Positions 26,900 through 40,139 are shown, counted from the first letter of the whole stretch. The stretch: DNA of 61,511 nt, filler included, from Sluysia triapertura (GCA_046118255.1; 4 parts of 4 records of this genome joined end to end with filler, not necessarily neighbours in it), one strand, 5' to 3'. The notes: generated by a model from the sequence alone, not told the origin. A program made the numbers and translations.

Positions 26900-28900
26900 T
26901 TTTCGATTGAAGTAGTCAAAGTCGATTTAAACAGTCAATTAATCAGAAAAGTCACTACAGCATCTCTTACTCTGCCAACCAATCATATTTATATAATTCA
27001 TATAAGAATGTGATATGTAATATTATATGTTACATACCCATGATGGTCCTATTATTACCATGGTTATACTTGCGGAGGTTCTATACATATCGCAATTTAC
27101 ATATCTATCAAATCTTGTAGCAATGTATGTCCGTCCGAAGAAATTGCCTTCTCCTTAAATAACATTCATTGTGATCACACAAACTTATTTATACAAGAAT
27201 AAATGGATAACATTCGAATGTTATGACTGTCCGAAATCTCCATCTAATCGTGTAATGATGTTTATAGCTTTTATTAACTATTACTAAATAATAACAGAAA
27301 ATCATCATATTTAAGACTGACTACATTTTAACAATAATACACATTTGTCTTCACATCCTTAATTTATAACCACAAATCGTAAACTCCTGTAAAAGATATA
27401 GTGTTAGTAAAGATGTATAGTAAACAAATTCACTAATATTAAAACTTAAACAGCAAGAAAATAATCGTCACCAAAATCACCATCCTCATTATTAAGAAAA
27501 GAGTGTGATTCTTCTGCCAGTGCAATTTTCCTTGTACATAATTGATGGGTTTTGGAGCCAATTCTTGTTTGATCTACAAAATATTCTTTATATTCTTGGT
27601 GCATTTCAGAAACATTTCTTGTAGTACTAGGTAATAAGGAATAGCATTTGGACCGCAAAAATATCCACTCAATACATTTTATCTTACTTTGATTTTTGCT
27701 TTTAAATTTATCTATTATATCTTGGATGATTTTTATTATGATTTGACATATCCAATAATTCATCTTTAATCATTTCATTTAATAAAGTATCTAAATTAAC
27801 ATCAGTACATTTTAAAAATAAACTATCAGTATTACCAGTCATAATTTCAATCTTACAATTAAATAGATGATGATGATTTTCTAATTCTTCATACATTCTT
27901 AATTTACTTAAATATAAAAGAGTTTGTCCTACATAACTCATACTTCTAGTAAAATCAAATCATCAGTAACTTTAATTGAATTTTTAAAATTAGCTTAGCT
28001 TGTATACGTAATTAAGTTTTTAACAATAGGACAAAACTTTACATTAGTACGTCGTTTTAAATTCTCTACAATCTTACCATAAAGAGGTTTATAATCAAAA
28101 TATTTTTAAAATCACAAGTTTGATTAAATTTAACTGCTCAATGAATTTTACGAACAGTTGCTCCTAATTTTATATGTTGAGATGTAGGCCTAAACTGTCT
28201 TGCAGTATAAATGACTATAGTAATCTAAAAGCTGTTAGACGGAGCTGATATCTCAGTGGTTAGAGTATCGAACTGTGCAGCGAGAGGTCCCGGGTTCGAT
28301 CCCCGGTCAGTACATTTTTTAAAGTCTAACATTTGGTGACTCCACATGTCGAATATCCTTCTGATGTTGAATTAAATTATTTACAAGATGTTTGAGGACT
28401 AACATAATTGAATGGGTGAGATATGTAGGGATATAGACATAAAGTGCCATGTAGTATAATGGACTGTAGTAATTTAAAAATTGTTAGACGGTAGAACATC
28501 GAACTGCGCAGCGAGAGGTTCCGGGTTCGATCACCGGTCAGTCTATTTTATGAAGTCTAACAGATACACCCACGCATTATATAATTAAATTTAGGTTTAT
28601 GAGTTAATAATAATTTTATAACTTTAGAATTTGGTGGACATTTAGATTCATCTGTAATTGAATTCATCCAAATAATTGCTAACACGAAATCTACGGCTTT
28701 TATCTTCAAAATCATATTTAAAAATTGATAATATTGAATACAAAAAACATAATTTTGAACATTAATAACACAATGTTGACTGAAAATTTTGTTTTAATAA
28801 AGTACAACTCTAAAATTTGGTCTACGACCCAACCATTTTATTTGTATTGAATCTGTTACGAAATTTATAAAATCATTATCGCACACCATTCTTTAATTGT
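26900..28900 (-). mobile_element. Decayed Polinton/Maverick-type element with family-B DNA polymerase remnant
   Basis: Minus-strand pieces in PolB order: GWVVDQILEL (~28830), HIKLGATVRKIH, LYGKIVENLKRRTNVK, YVGQTLLYLSKLRMY, MTGNTDSLFLK (DTDS motif), EWIFLRSKCYS. Followed by a small Cys/His-rich frame and a noncoding tract shared with 7370-8520. Interrupted by the SINE at 28180-28562. Confidence 0.75.
28180..28562 (+). mobile_element. tRNA-derived SINE, ~1.5 head-to-tail units
   Basis: Head 28242-28312 with A box (TATCTCAGTGGTTAGAG) and B box (GGTTCGATCCC); second partial head 28490-28545; a ~60-nt segment (gactatagtaatctaaaagctgttagacgg) precedes both heads. Confidence 0.8.
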
Positions 28901-31416
28901 ATAAAATTAAACTATTAGTGTAAGTTTCATAATTGTGCCAACTTATTTATTTTTATTATATTTGTTGGTCCTATATTTGTGTCATTATAATATTATGTAT
29001 CATCATAAATTCTTATTGTGTTCCTAATCTGGGCACATTGTATTTTTATTATGTATAATTATTTTTAGTGATTTAGTTAGTGCAATGTTTACGCCTTTTC
29101 GTGCTACAATTTTTTTACTGTACATTGAATACAAGTATCATTGATACAAAAGCGGTGAAATTTAAAGTGATTTTACGAGACTAATGCGAATATTTTATAC
29201 TCTCAAAGTTATGGCAAAAAATAAAAAAATACATTTGATACAGAATTAGATAATGTAATCAATTCATTTATGAAAGATGAAACACCAATATTCGAAAAAC
29301 CAAGAATGTTTAACTCATATGAAATGTACTTTTTCCACAAGAAGGCGTAAAATTCCTATTTTAAGTTTCGAAGATAAAACATCATTAAATGAAATACCAA
29401 ACAAATTCAACGTATCAAATGTAATTCCAGAACATCTTTATAAGAAAGTTAATGATGGAACAAATGTTCTGAATATGTTACAAGAACGATGTGAAGTATT
29501 GGATCTATGACAACATTGCTGTATTATCGTCAAAATTACTGGTATTCCGAAAGACAAATATGTCTCATATACACAAAGTGCCGGCTCGCATTAACACGAG
29601 CTGTGTAGAAAAAATTATAGAACAAAAAAGTTTATCTATTTATCGTGTTAAACAATGATGCATTGTTTAGAAGTTATCTCTTTTTGTGTTAAAAATACAT
29701 TCACCTTCAAATTCCCTAAAAGCGCTGACGCTTTAAATGTTAAAAACCATTCAGAACGATCCAAAAAAACGAACAAACTAATTAACACTAAATCCAAATT
29801 TAATATGATACTCACTCTGATCAATGTAGCACCCAACCATTTGGAATAACTTATATTAAATTCAAATTACTCACATGCGAGTAAACCAATACAATAGAAT
29901 AAAATAAGATAGTTTTCACGTATCCAATCCAAGCTGAAAATGGGCGATTTGTGGACATTTAACTTATGATAATTTATTTATTATAATTACACTTATTCGT
30001 AAAATCCGAGTTTTGCCAGCTTCAGCACACTAGAGAAATTTGTGCAGAACGTGTGAACTCGTTTCCCGCAAAGAATACGTAACAATAGGGTTTTCTTTCT
30101 AAATTTAAGGTGCAATTTTTCTTAATATTGTAATTATTGTACTTTTTTTGGTAGATCATTTAAGGATGAATATTTCTCCGGTTCTGAATAAGGGTAACTT
30201 TTTTGCTTGTCCATAAACTACAATAAGGATATAATTTATCTTTACGTGCTTTGTTTTTAAGTTTTACATTCTTAATGTTTCATTTGTTGACACCAGAAAG
30301 TAGCATATGTGCTTGTTCCACAATTCTAACAAATAACACAGAACATAGACCGAATAAATTAAAAACGAATAATACTTCGAATAATATCGAACAAATAAAC
30401 TTTTTTATTGTTTAAGAACATATTTTAATAAATATTATTCTAGATATGTTACATTTCAATATGTAAACATTTAAACTTTAACTTATATATCATCATCATC
30501 ATCATCATCATCATCACCATTAGATTTCACTTTTACTACTTCGATATCATATAATCAAATTTTCATACTTATCGAATTTACTCAGCACCCACATATTTTC
30601 TGTCCTTCATTCAATATATTATCCAATAAATAAAAACTATTTCCACTTCTATAAATAATCAATCAATCATAATATTGAATTAAATCAGTACTGTGTGTAT
30701 ACATATGTTTCTATTTCAAGTGTCGTGTCCTATAATAACACATCATTGTGGTTTTGATATTTATTATTATTATGACTATCTATTCTATTCTATTTATAAT
30801 TAAAAGTATTAGAAATATTACTAAAAATGTAACCAATAATGTGACTTCATTGGGATCCATTTTGATTTTTGATTCTCGTAATTATTTGACTTATAAATAG
30901 AAATGTATGCAAATAATTTTGGGAAAATAATCAAATTGGTATAAAAATAAAAATAGAATTTTAATGTCTATTGTTTTGAGTAGTACGAAAATTTTTTCTA
31001 CAATTTATTATTTATGAAGGTAACTATTAAAATGATATGTTCTGCAGCCTTGAATAATCGACGATTATATAATTGAATTCATTCAACGATCAGAAAATGT
31101 ATTTTAAAATCTAAATTCAATATTTAATTAATCTAATAATGGTTTAATTTAATTCGATGCCATTTTTTGTAAATATTATTTATTTTAGTATTTGATTAAA
31201 TTTTAAAAGATATAACTTAGCTTTCTTATTCAGCCGTCTAGTTTTATAGATGATTCTCAAGATGATCAGACTGTTAGTATTTCTTGTGTTATTTTTTCAT
31301 TGTTCATATTCAAATTTCTGAATTATTTTATTAAAAAATTAAATTTTTCCATATTTTGACATGTTATTGATTTTAATTAATAATTATTATAAATAATAAA
31401 ATATATACATTCTAAA

Positions 31417-34400
31417 ATGGCCGAAGTTATAAGTTATTGTTACGAATTTTCGTAAATTATAAATAATTTATAAATATATGACGTTGATAGGATAACCATG
31501 AACAAATCACTGAAGTCAGCGTTACAGATTTGGTTGCCAGTTCAGAAAAAGTTGATGCTTCACATTTTCAACTGTTACGAATTTTAGGTCAAGGTTCTTT
31601 TGGTCAAGTACGATTTATTGATTGATTAATGTTACACTTTACTGCAACTGGATCAAAGTTTAACCAATCATTTATTTGTTTAAAATTTAGGTATATCTAG
31701 TACGAAAAGTCAAAGGTACTAACCAAGGAAATTTATATGCAATGAAGGTACTTAGGAAGGCGTCTTTGAAATGTGAGTTATTGTGATTATTGTTCATTAT
31801 TATTATTATTGTTAGGTTGTCATCACAACCCTATAAAATTATCAAATTTCATAAAAGAAATCATTTAAAATCGCTAATTTCCGTAAAACAAAATTGTTTT
31901 CTAAAAAAGAAATCGAAAATTCTAGAATGTTCGATGAAATCCATTAATTTTGATTGGCTGGTAACTAATACATATACTAACATCAGTTCACAAGAAAATT
32001 TCAGTCATTTTTGTTCGATTGAAATTTATTCTTCAAGACATCCGATTGGTTAATTATCCATAGTCTCATGATTTGGTAAGTTATTTTTGTAAGTTTGTTT
32101 TGGCTCTAGTAGTTAAAATAAGTTAATTTTGATTGAATTTAAATTGCGATAACGTCTATGAAGCTTCTGACGTGGTCAAATTTGTTCATCAACTCTGCTT
32201 AGCCCATTGTATTCATTGAAGAGTATGCGATGTTTTGTACAAAGGAAAAAACTTGAAGAAGATAATCAAGAAATTATTGAAGACTGGGACGATTATGATA
32301 CCCCTTTGGACATGGTTTTTGACTCTGAAATATATTGTAATTCTTTATGTGGTCCAGATATTAATGAAACTTCGAGAAATAATTTCAAAAGGTAGAAGAA
32401 TATGCAAAGTCTTCAGAAATCGCCATTGAAAAACGACTATTTGCAAGAAATATTTAAGAATGAATCAAAAAGAAAAGAACTCAGACAGTATTGTTGTTGG
32501 GATGCAGGCCTAAAGTGCCATTTAACATAATTACTATAATAATCTAAAATTGTCAAGTTTCCCTCAATACCTTTGTTGTGGGTGTCCTTGATTCCTGGAA
32601 TCCTGATAATGACCCTCTTCTTAAATCTTTGGGTTTTCGCAAGTCAGAAATTAAGATCTTAGCTCAGCTTTCTTTAGAGTCTTCTTTTAATATTTATAAG
32701 GACCACACCCTCTAATTTCCTCTTGTATGTTTGAAAGTTTTCCTACAGATTATTTTATTTCTATTTCTACTGTTCTGCCGTCCATTCTGGTTCTCTTTGC
32801 ACTTTTCATTTCCTCATTTCAAATATTTTTCTCTTCACAAACAGGCAGCCGTCACGTCACACTGACCTAATTCTATCACTATTCAGATTATTCAAACCAA
32901 TTCAACAAAGATTCAGTGGCAAGATATACTTTTAATTTTTGGCATTAACATTGTCTTGATCCCATTTTTTAATTATCTTTGATAATTTATACTTTGTACC
33001 ATGTGTTAAAAAAAGTTTCCAGTTCAATTCATCGATTCTCGGTCAGTACATTTTATGAAGTCTGACATTATTACAATGATTTCTGAGCGTTTAGAAAAGC
33101 TAAAGAAGTCAAACTTTGCAAATATTGAGAAATAAAGAAGAACTTCTGAAGAAGTGTAGCAGGCGAAAAATAAATTTAAAATGCTAAACATATCATTTTT
33201 ATATTTTTTCGTCTTATATAGAAAGAGTGTATATAACAGTGCTCGGAAATCGCTAAAGAACCGGTAAAATCCGGGATTGAATTTTTTTGGCGACAAACCC
33301 TAGTTTTAATTTTAAAATATTAATTGTTATTCTTCTTTAGTTTTATTATCATTGTTATTTATCTTTTTTATATCTTTTTATTTTCTGTTATGAATTATAT
33401 TCAGTCAAATTCGAAAAGTATTAGTGAAATATTTGAAAGACCACAATAAAATTATAATTTGGAGTAGACCACATTGAAAGCATACACAGCAATAGTGTGT
33501 ATCGTTTACTGAAATCGGATGCTGCTCATTTTTATTTTTCCATAGGTTAAGCGTTAAGAAAATCACAGATAAGTGATATAACTGAACTGATAAAATGTTT
33601 TAGAAATAACTATTTGAAAATCAATCACGAAAAGTCAAAATTTATAATTTTCAGTAATAAAACAGTGCCATTTGTGGCAACCTAGATTAATAACAGATCT
33701 GGGAATTAAAAATTAATACAAGTTGCAAAATATTTTGTGGTTCTATGTTTTTTCTATCGAGAAATTCAAATTTTGAAAATAAGAGGTTATATAAAACCTT
33801 CTTTATTTTTGTATTATCCACTTAAAATAATCGAAATATTTTGATAGGTTATCATCACAACCTTTTTAAAATCACTAAATTTAATACAAAAAGAAAATTC
33901 CATCAATTTTCATTGGCTGATGGCTAGTACATAGATATCGATTTCTGCTGATACAAAATTTGCGCTTCAATAAAATTATTCAATACAAAGCATTTCCAGT
34001 TTGTTGAGTAAGTTATTTTTTGTAAGGTTTGTTTTGATTTTAGTTACAGACACGTCTACTCTATGTCACAAGTCGCTTACTGTAACCGGACTTAGGTTAA
34101 GAGTTACGAAAACCATAGCAATTTTTGCTTAACCTTTAATATTCGAATTTATAAAAACTTCGAAGTGAGTTGTACACCGATTTTTTAAACTCCACGCTGC
34201 CTAAAACGCCGGATAAAGCGCCGATATAAAAATAAAACATTGTACTTGTATATTTTTGAAACATAAACAGTATACAATCTATCACCTAGCTCTTATTATC
34301 ATTATGGATTCTGTAGAGATTATTATTATTATCATCATCATCAGTTCGTGCTCCTCCGTAATGCTTTTATATACTTTTATGGAGTGGATTCATCATTCAG

Positions 34401-37181
34401 TTCAATGGTGACTCACCGTATGTGTGTACTTCAGAATATTATTTTAAGCTCTTTTGAGTACTTATTTTACAATAGATATTAGTAGTACATATATTAATCC
34501 ATTCGCTTTGAGTGTTGTTATTGTTTATCTAAGATTTATTATTTCAAGATAAATACACACATTTTGTCATAAATAATTATCATTTACATGTATAAACATC
34601 AAACACGAGTATACTCGTGTGGTTGGCAATGCACACACGTTTAAGCAAAAGAACAAATCATGAATCACACAAATAGATAAAAGAATATAAAAATACTAAA
34701 AAACGGGATACAATTTTCTGTGAATTCACTGCTGACGATTACTTAGATTCTATTTCGTGTCAGAGATAACGGGATCATGTAATATTGAACAATCATCAAC
34801 AACATCTCTCTTATCAGTAAGTAGTGTAGTTTTGCAGAGTCAGAAGTAGTACTATCAATAAATTATTAGTTGGGAAATAAACATAACAAATTAATAAATA
34901 AAGTAGAATTTTTGTAAAAAAACAAATTTATTTGTAGCTCTTTTTCAAGTTTTTACATTTGTATATTTGTAAAATGTTGCAAGCTCTCCACAAGTTGTAC
35001 ATTATAATACACATATCAAGAGTATATTCGTAGTTGGCAGCGCATAGTTTAATATAATTCGAATTAAATTTTAAAATGTTCATTTTTTGTCTTAAATATA
35101 TCATTTTAGTTTTGTATTTTTTAATTAATATATAAAAATTATAATAAATATTGATAATTCTTCTTTTTGTTTACAATTAGATATTGTTTACCACATAATT
35201 AATAAAAAGAAATTGATTATTAGTTAATAAAATAAATAAATAAATAATAATAATAATATTATTATTATTATCTTTAATTTTGTTGTTAAATAGAAAAGTA
35301 ACAGTTTAAAATATGAGATAGGTCTACATTTGAAAAATGGTACAATTTAAACAAAACTCAATAAATAATTACTAAAGCAACATTATTTTAATAAAAATTC
35401 AAATTATTATGAATGAATTATTATTAAAATGAATTAATTAAGAAAGTATATTTCCAATCATTGAAATTATTTTCTGTAGTAATAACAAATTAAGCTTCTT
35501 ACGACGATTGTTAGCAGAAAATTGTGAATTGTACATGTTTCAACTAGATTAATTAAAATAATTAATAATAATTATTATTATCATTAAAAATAATTGTATT
35601 TCGGGTTTTTGTAAGTGAAATTAAATCTCAAAACAGTTTATCGTTAAGCACAAATGTAAGGTGGTGTCCCAAAAGCAACCGAAATGCAAACTTAAATAAA
35701 AATTAGATATTTAGTATTTACAAATGTGCAGAATGTCCATCTTGAACTTCAATACAAGCACGACATATTTTGATAACACTACGACATACTTTCTGGCAAG
35801 TTTCCTCTGAAATTTGGTTCCATTCGTCGTATTGAATACTTTTGAAGGTTTTTAGCATAAACTGCGTTCTTTAGAACTCTCTATAGAAAAAATCAAGCGG
35901 TGTCATCCGGGTATCTGGCAGACCATTTGATTGGTCATAGGGGTCCAATCCAACGCCCAGGAAATATCTCATCAAGACATTGTCGAACATCTTTGGTGCA
36001 GAACGTAGGTGCTCCATCTTGTTGAAAATGAAGATCACTGAAATGGAGGAACTCATTAGCAATAGGAAACACATTAATCTTCAGCATATCAAGTTTGCTT
36101 CCCATCTTTCTTCAACATGTTTGTAGCTAGACCTTCTATAGTAATTCTCAATAACGAAGATACGTTCATTTAAATCTAAAGTCATTCGCTGCATTTTTTA
36201 GAATGAAGGTCCAGATCGCGGAACAAAAGCCATTCGCAGAAGGAAATGAAGAGTAGCGAAGATTACATAAAATGACGTAAAAGAAGAAAATACATTTGTC
36301 GTTTTTTATTTAAGTTTGGGCTTCTGTTACTTTTGGGACACCACCCTGTATATAAGTATATTTTATAATTTTATTTTTATTAATACAGACTTGAATTTTG
36401 TTGATTCGAATACTCCAATAATAACTTGACATTTTTATTATTTCTATACTGATTGCTGTGTGTATATGATTAATATTCTTATAAATTGTATCTACTGTAC
36501 AATCTGTTCTTACCAAATGTTATAAAGAATTTATAGTTTATTATAGCTAACTTATCTGTGATGTGAATCATGTAATATTGTACAGTGGAATTGTTTATAC
36601 ACTAGTTTCATTATTATTATTTCTGCTATTATTATTATTATTATTATTAATATATATTTAATAAGAATTTTAATAATAAATAATATATNNNNNNNNNNNN
36701 NNNNNNNNNNNNNNNNNNNNNNNNNNNNNNNNNNNNNNNNNNNNNNNNNNNNNNNNNNNNNNNNNNNNNNNNNNNNNNNNNNNNNNNNNNNNNNNNNNNN
36801 NNNNNNNNNNNNNNNNNNNNNNNNNNNNNNNNNNNNNNNNNNNNNNNNNNNNATTATTTTTTGTCTAAGGTCAACTTCTGTAAATGTCACATTGATATTA
36901 TGTTGCAAATTAATTTGTTTAATTATTGATATTTAGCTCTAACATAAAATTAATTAATTAATTTAGAAAATTAATTTATTAATTTAGTACGAGATCGTCT
37001 TCGAACTCAGATGGAAAGAAACATATTAGCTGCCATCAATCATCCTTTTATTGTCAAACTATTATACGGTTAGTAAGGCTTGACATTAATTTTTATTTTA
37101 GCATTTCAAACCGAAGGCAAATTATATTTGATTTTGGAATTTCTACGTGGCGGTGATTTATTTTCAAGACTTTCCAAAGAA
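31417..37181 (+). CDS. RPS6KA: p90 ribosomal S6 kinase (RSK), exons 1-5 of the N-terminal kinase domain; remainder not found
   Basis: Exons 31417-31425 (MAE, tentative), 31491-31607, 31691-31772, 36988-37068 and 37102-37181 give [102 protein letters not shown], a close match to the RSK N-terminal kinase domain. All junctions are GT-AG. Missed by the ORF track because the exons are short. Confidence 0.93.
31813..32105 (+). repeat. Dispersed repeat starting with hairpin GGTTGT-CATC-ACAACC (copies at ~24933-25250 and ~33845-34042)
   Basis: Three copies share ttgtcatcacaacc-like starts, an ATTGGCT box and gtaagttatt(t/c)tt near the end. Confidence 0.75.
32554..33013 (+). mobile_element. 5'-truncated RLE-type (R2/NeSL/R4 group) non-LTR retrotransposon 3' end
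   Basis: [28 protein letters not shown]...SFNIYKDH* matches the C-terminus following the restriction-like endonuclease (VGALGSWxPxND..LG..SRxIYxEH); followed by a 3' UTR and a short A tract. Confidence 0.7.
35658..36348 (-). mobile_element. Deleted Tc1/mariner-superfamily element (DUF4817-type N-terminus)
   Basis: TIRs GGTGGTGTCCCAAAAG / CTTTTGGGACACCACCCTG-TA; remnants [31 protein letters not shown] and [11 protein letters not shown]. Confidence 0.85.
36689..36852. other. Sized scaffold gap (164 N) within RSK intron 3
   Basis: RSK exons 3 and 4 join in phase across it, so the flanks are truly linked. Confidence 0.9.
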
Positions 37182-37654
37182 GTAGGTCTTACGTTTTGGA
37201 GCACTTTGAAATATTAATTAATAATACTAAAAAATGATTGGCCAACACAATTTGACCAATAGAATCACGCGATACCGACCGGTCAAAATTTCATTTAATA
37301 TTTAATATGTGAATCACTACACCGAACTTCTTTTTTACACGGTAGATCTGTTTCTGGAAAACCGTATGACTTGTGGTAAATTTGGGGTAAACGTTTAAGA
37401 TGAATAATCTCTGAATATGTTCCTAAAAATAAACCGCGAAAAAATATAATAATGAAATATAAAACAAAACAATTTATTTTAAAATTCAGTTTAAAATTCG
37501 GGCGGTTTTATTGGTTGCCCAGAAAACACACCAACTTCTTGTTCTAACTTATTTGAGTTATATTCATTCAGCTGAATTATTTATTTAAATCATTTTAGAC
37601 TAACTTTCACTTTCATTACCCTCATTAAAATGGAGTGTCAAGTAGATAAAAATG

Positions 37655-37887
37655 AACATTTCCGGCATCTCCATCTTTCTGGTCTCACATTTGAAAACGA
37701 AGAAGCAATAACAACGTGGATTTAAGAATTTTCTACAAAATTCACCAAACTTCTTCAAACATGGGAGAAGAAGTGCCAAAACAGTGAGGGAAGTGATCGA
37801 TTGTGGCAGAGAATATCTCACCGATTGAGACTGAGTTATGTGTTTCGTTATCTGGAATTGTTTGCATAGTTTTTATTCTTGATCAGT
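37655..37887 (+). mobile_element. mariner transposase C-terminal remnant
   Basis: FRHLHLSGLTFENEEAITTWI*EF..NFFKHG..VREVIDCGREYL resembles the Mos1/Hsmar-type C-terminus (LxGKxF..ExVxxW..EF..FYxxGI..WxxVID.GEY). Confidence 0.55.
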
Positions 37888-38413
37888 ATGCATTTTTCAT
37901 AATCTTAAAAAAGCACACTAACCCAATAATATCCAAAGATATTCAAAATATATCGATTTTTCTAAAAAAACATTTTTATATTTCTATGTACAAAATTTTT
38001 TTACATTTAATAAATAAAATCAATTTGAAACAGAAAATCATAAATTACCGATGAAAAAGCGACCAGTTAAATGGTATTCTTTAACATCATCATCATCATC
38101 AGCAACAGCAGCAGCAGGAACAACAGTTACTTCCAGTTTCAGTATCTCTTCTATATTATCTAAATCAAATTCGAATAAAACAGGTTAATAATCAGTATTT
38201 ATGCTATAATATTAAAATCAATAATAAATGGACATAAATTTTAGAAATATTTATTCGATAACAATCAATAAAAATGAATTTTATCAATTATTTTGACTTA
38301 GATAAAAAAATAGATAAGTAACAAAATAAAAATAATTATTTCATCTTTCCGAATTTGATAATTTCCTTTATTATTAAGTTCTAGTAATTCTAGTTCTAGT
38401 ACATTCTGAAAAT

Positions 38414-38600
38414 CAGTGGCGGAACAAAGGAGGGCAGGGAGGGCCAGGTGCCAGGGGCCAGGGGCGCAGCTTCACGGGGATGCAAAATAACTTCTAGAAA
38501 AATATAAAAAGAAATAAATGTATAGACCATTGGTAGTGGTGTTTGAGGGCGGTAGGTCGAGGTCTTGGTCCTCCATGAACACGACCTCGGCACGTCACTG
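38414..38600. mobile_element. hAT-type MITE
   Basis: TIR CAGTGGCG...CGTCACTG; 8-bp TSD ctgaaaat/ctgaaagt; GC-rich subterminal sequence. Confidence 0.75.
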
Positions 38601-39125
38601 CTGAAAGTATCCATACATTTTCTATAATATTTTATTTTGTTTATTTATTTACACAGTTATTTAAATATGATTATTAAATTTTGTTTATTATTAGATTTTA
38701 AATATCTAATTAAATTTATAACTACCTCTGTTCAAAAAATGATTGTCTCATTTGACATTTGATGCTAACTTAACTTAAGTCATTTGTTTATGAACAATAG
38801 GGAACCATAAAATCGTAAAATAATTTTTGGGAAGTAATTGTTCAGAGTTTATAGCAATTTCTGAAATTTGTAATATATTGTCTTTTTCTTTTCAGTCCAA
38901 ATACTAAGATTAAATCATTAGAATCAAACACGTTCTGGAGTAAAGTACAGAAATTTAAGTGATGAGGAGAGAAATGCCATCTATAAACACTTCTAACAAT
39001 TGGAAATTGTCAAAAGGAACAATTAACATGCAACTTGGAAGCAATTGAAACTGCTCACAATGTGTTACGAGATACATATAATAATGTAATTTGTAATAAA
39101 ATCCTTAGTAGTATTTATCGTAATA

Positions 39126-39621
39126 CAGTGGTGGCCAAAATATAGTGGTTTTCTTAATATTTGCTACCCTGGCCTGGAAACTCTCCAGACATGAATCAGG
39201 TAGAAAATCTATGGGAGATTGTCAAAATGAGAGTTTCTATCCATAAACCAACCACCAGGACGGAACTTATTGAAACCCTGATAAAAGTATGGCATCACGA
39301 TGACGAGATCAAATACATGTTCCCCAGGCTCAACCGTGGCACGCCTTTGAGGATCAGGAAATTATTGGATAAGAAAGGAGGGAAAACAAAGTATACTGAT
39401 ACAACACTTTGTACGTATTTGATTTGTAGTAAATTGTGTCATAACATGAATAAAATTTCTGTATGTTTTGGATCTCAGTATTTTTATCTATTATTTTACT
39501 TTCACGAGAATTTTTTGAATAAGATAGTTATTTTACATTTTCCGTTGTATAGTATCCTTGAAAAATGTTGAATTTTATCACAAAAATGGTCGTCTTTAGT
39601 CGAATAATTTGACCACCACCG
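39126..39621 (+). mobile_element. Internally deleted Tc1-type transposon
   Basis: TA-CAGTGGTGGCCAAAAT...ATTTGACCACCACCG-TA terminal inverted repeats; transposase C-terminus WPGNSPDMNQVENLW...KGGKTKY. Confidence 0.9.
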
Positions 39622-39639
39622 TATACATACCTCTTATTA

Positions 39640-39825
39640 CCTGCATCTAAATTTTCCACATGTCCAATTTATATCATTATGTGTTTCGAAATGTTGTAAA
39701 ATGAACAAGTACAATAGAGAATCTCGAAGGCGATTTACTCTTCTATAAATACGGACTGACTGGGCATCGAACCCGGTACCTCTCGCTTCACAGTTGTGCA
39801 GTTCGACGTTCTGACCACTGAGCTA
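39640..39825 (-). mobile_element. tRNA-derived SINE copy
   Basis: Reverse complement tagctcagtggtcagaacgtcgaactg..gcgagaggtaccgggttcgatgcccagtcag matches the head at 28242; has an insertion in the anticodon arm. Confidence 0.75.
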
Positions 39826-40139
39826 TTTTATTATAGTCAATTATACTATCATTATTCAGGCCAATAAATTCATGTCGGATCGAATAGTTAATCTTATGTG
39901 GATCGAATGAGAATGTTTCTAAATAAAGACTCGATTCGAATAGATGTATATTTTCGCAAAAGCCTTCGAATAATTAAAAGAATCCTAACAGTAATTCGTG
40001 TGAGAGAATCTTAACGAAGTCAAAGTTGTAATGTTTTATATTTTTAATTCTTGTGTCATTATTGAAGATATTATTGGTAAAGTGAAAACGAAAAAATCCT
40101 CGATTATTTTAACTTTTTTAATGGTAAATCGTCAATTTA

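Noticed and set aside
28242-28315. Functional tRNA gene
   Set aside because: Acceptor and anticodon stems pair poorly, and diverged copies share non-tRNA flanks, so it is a SINE head.
36552-36908. 118-aa ORF
   Set aside because: Open only because it spans N's.
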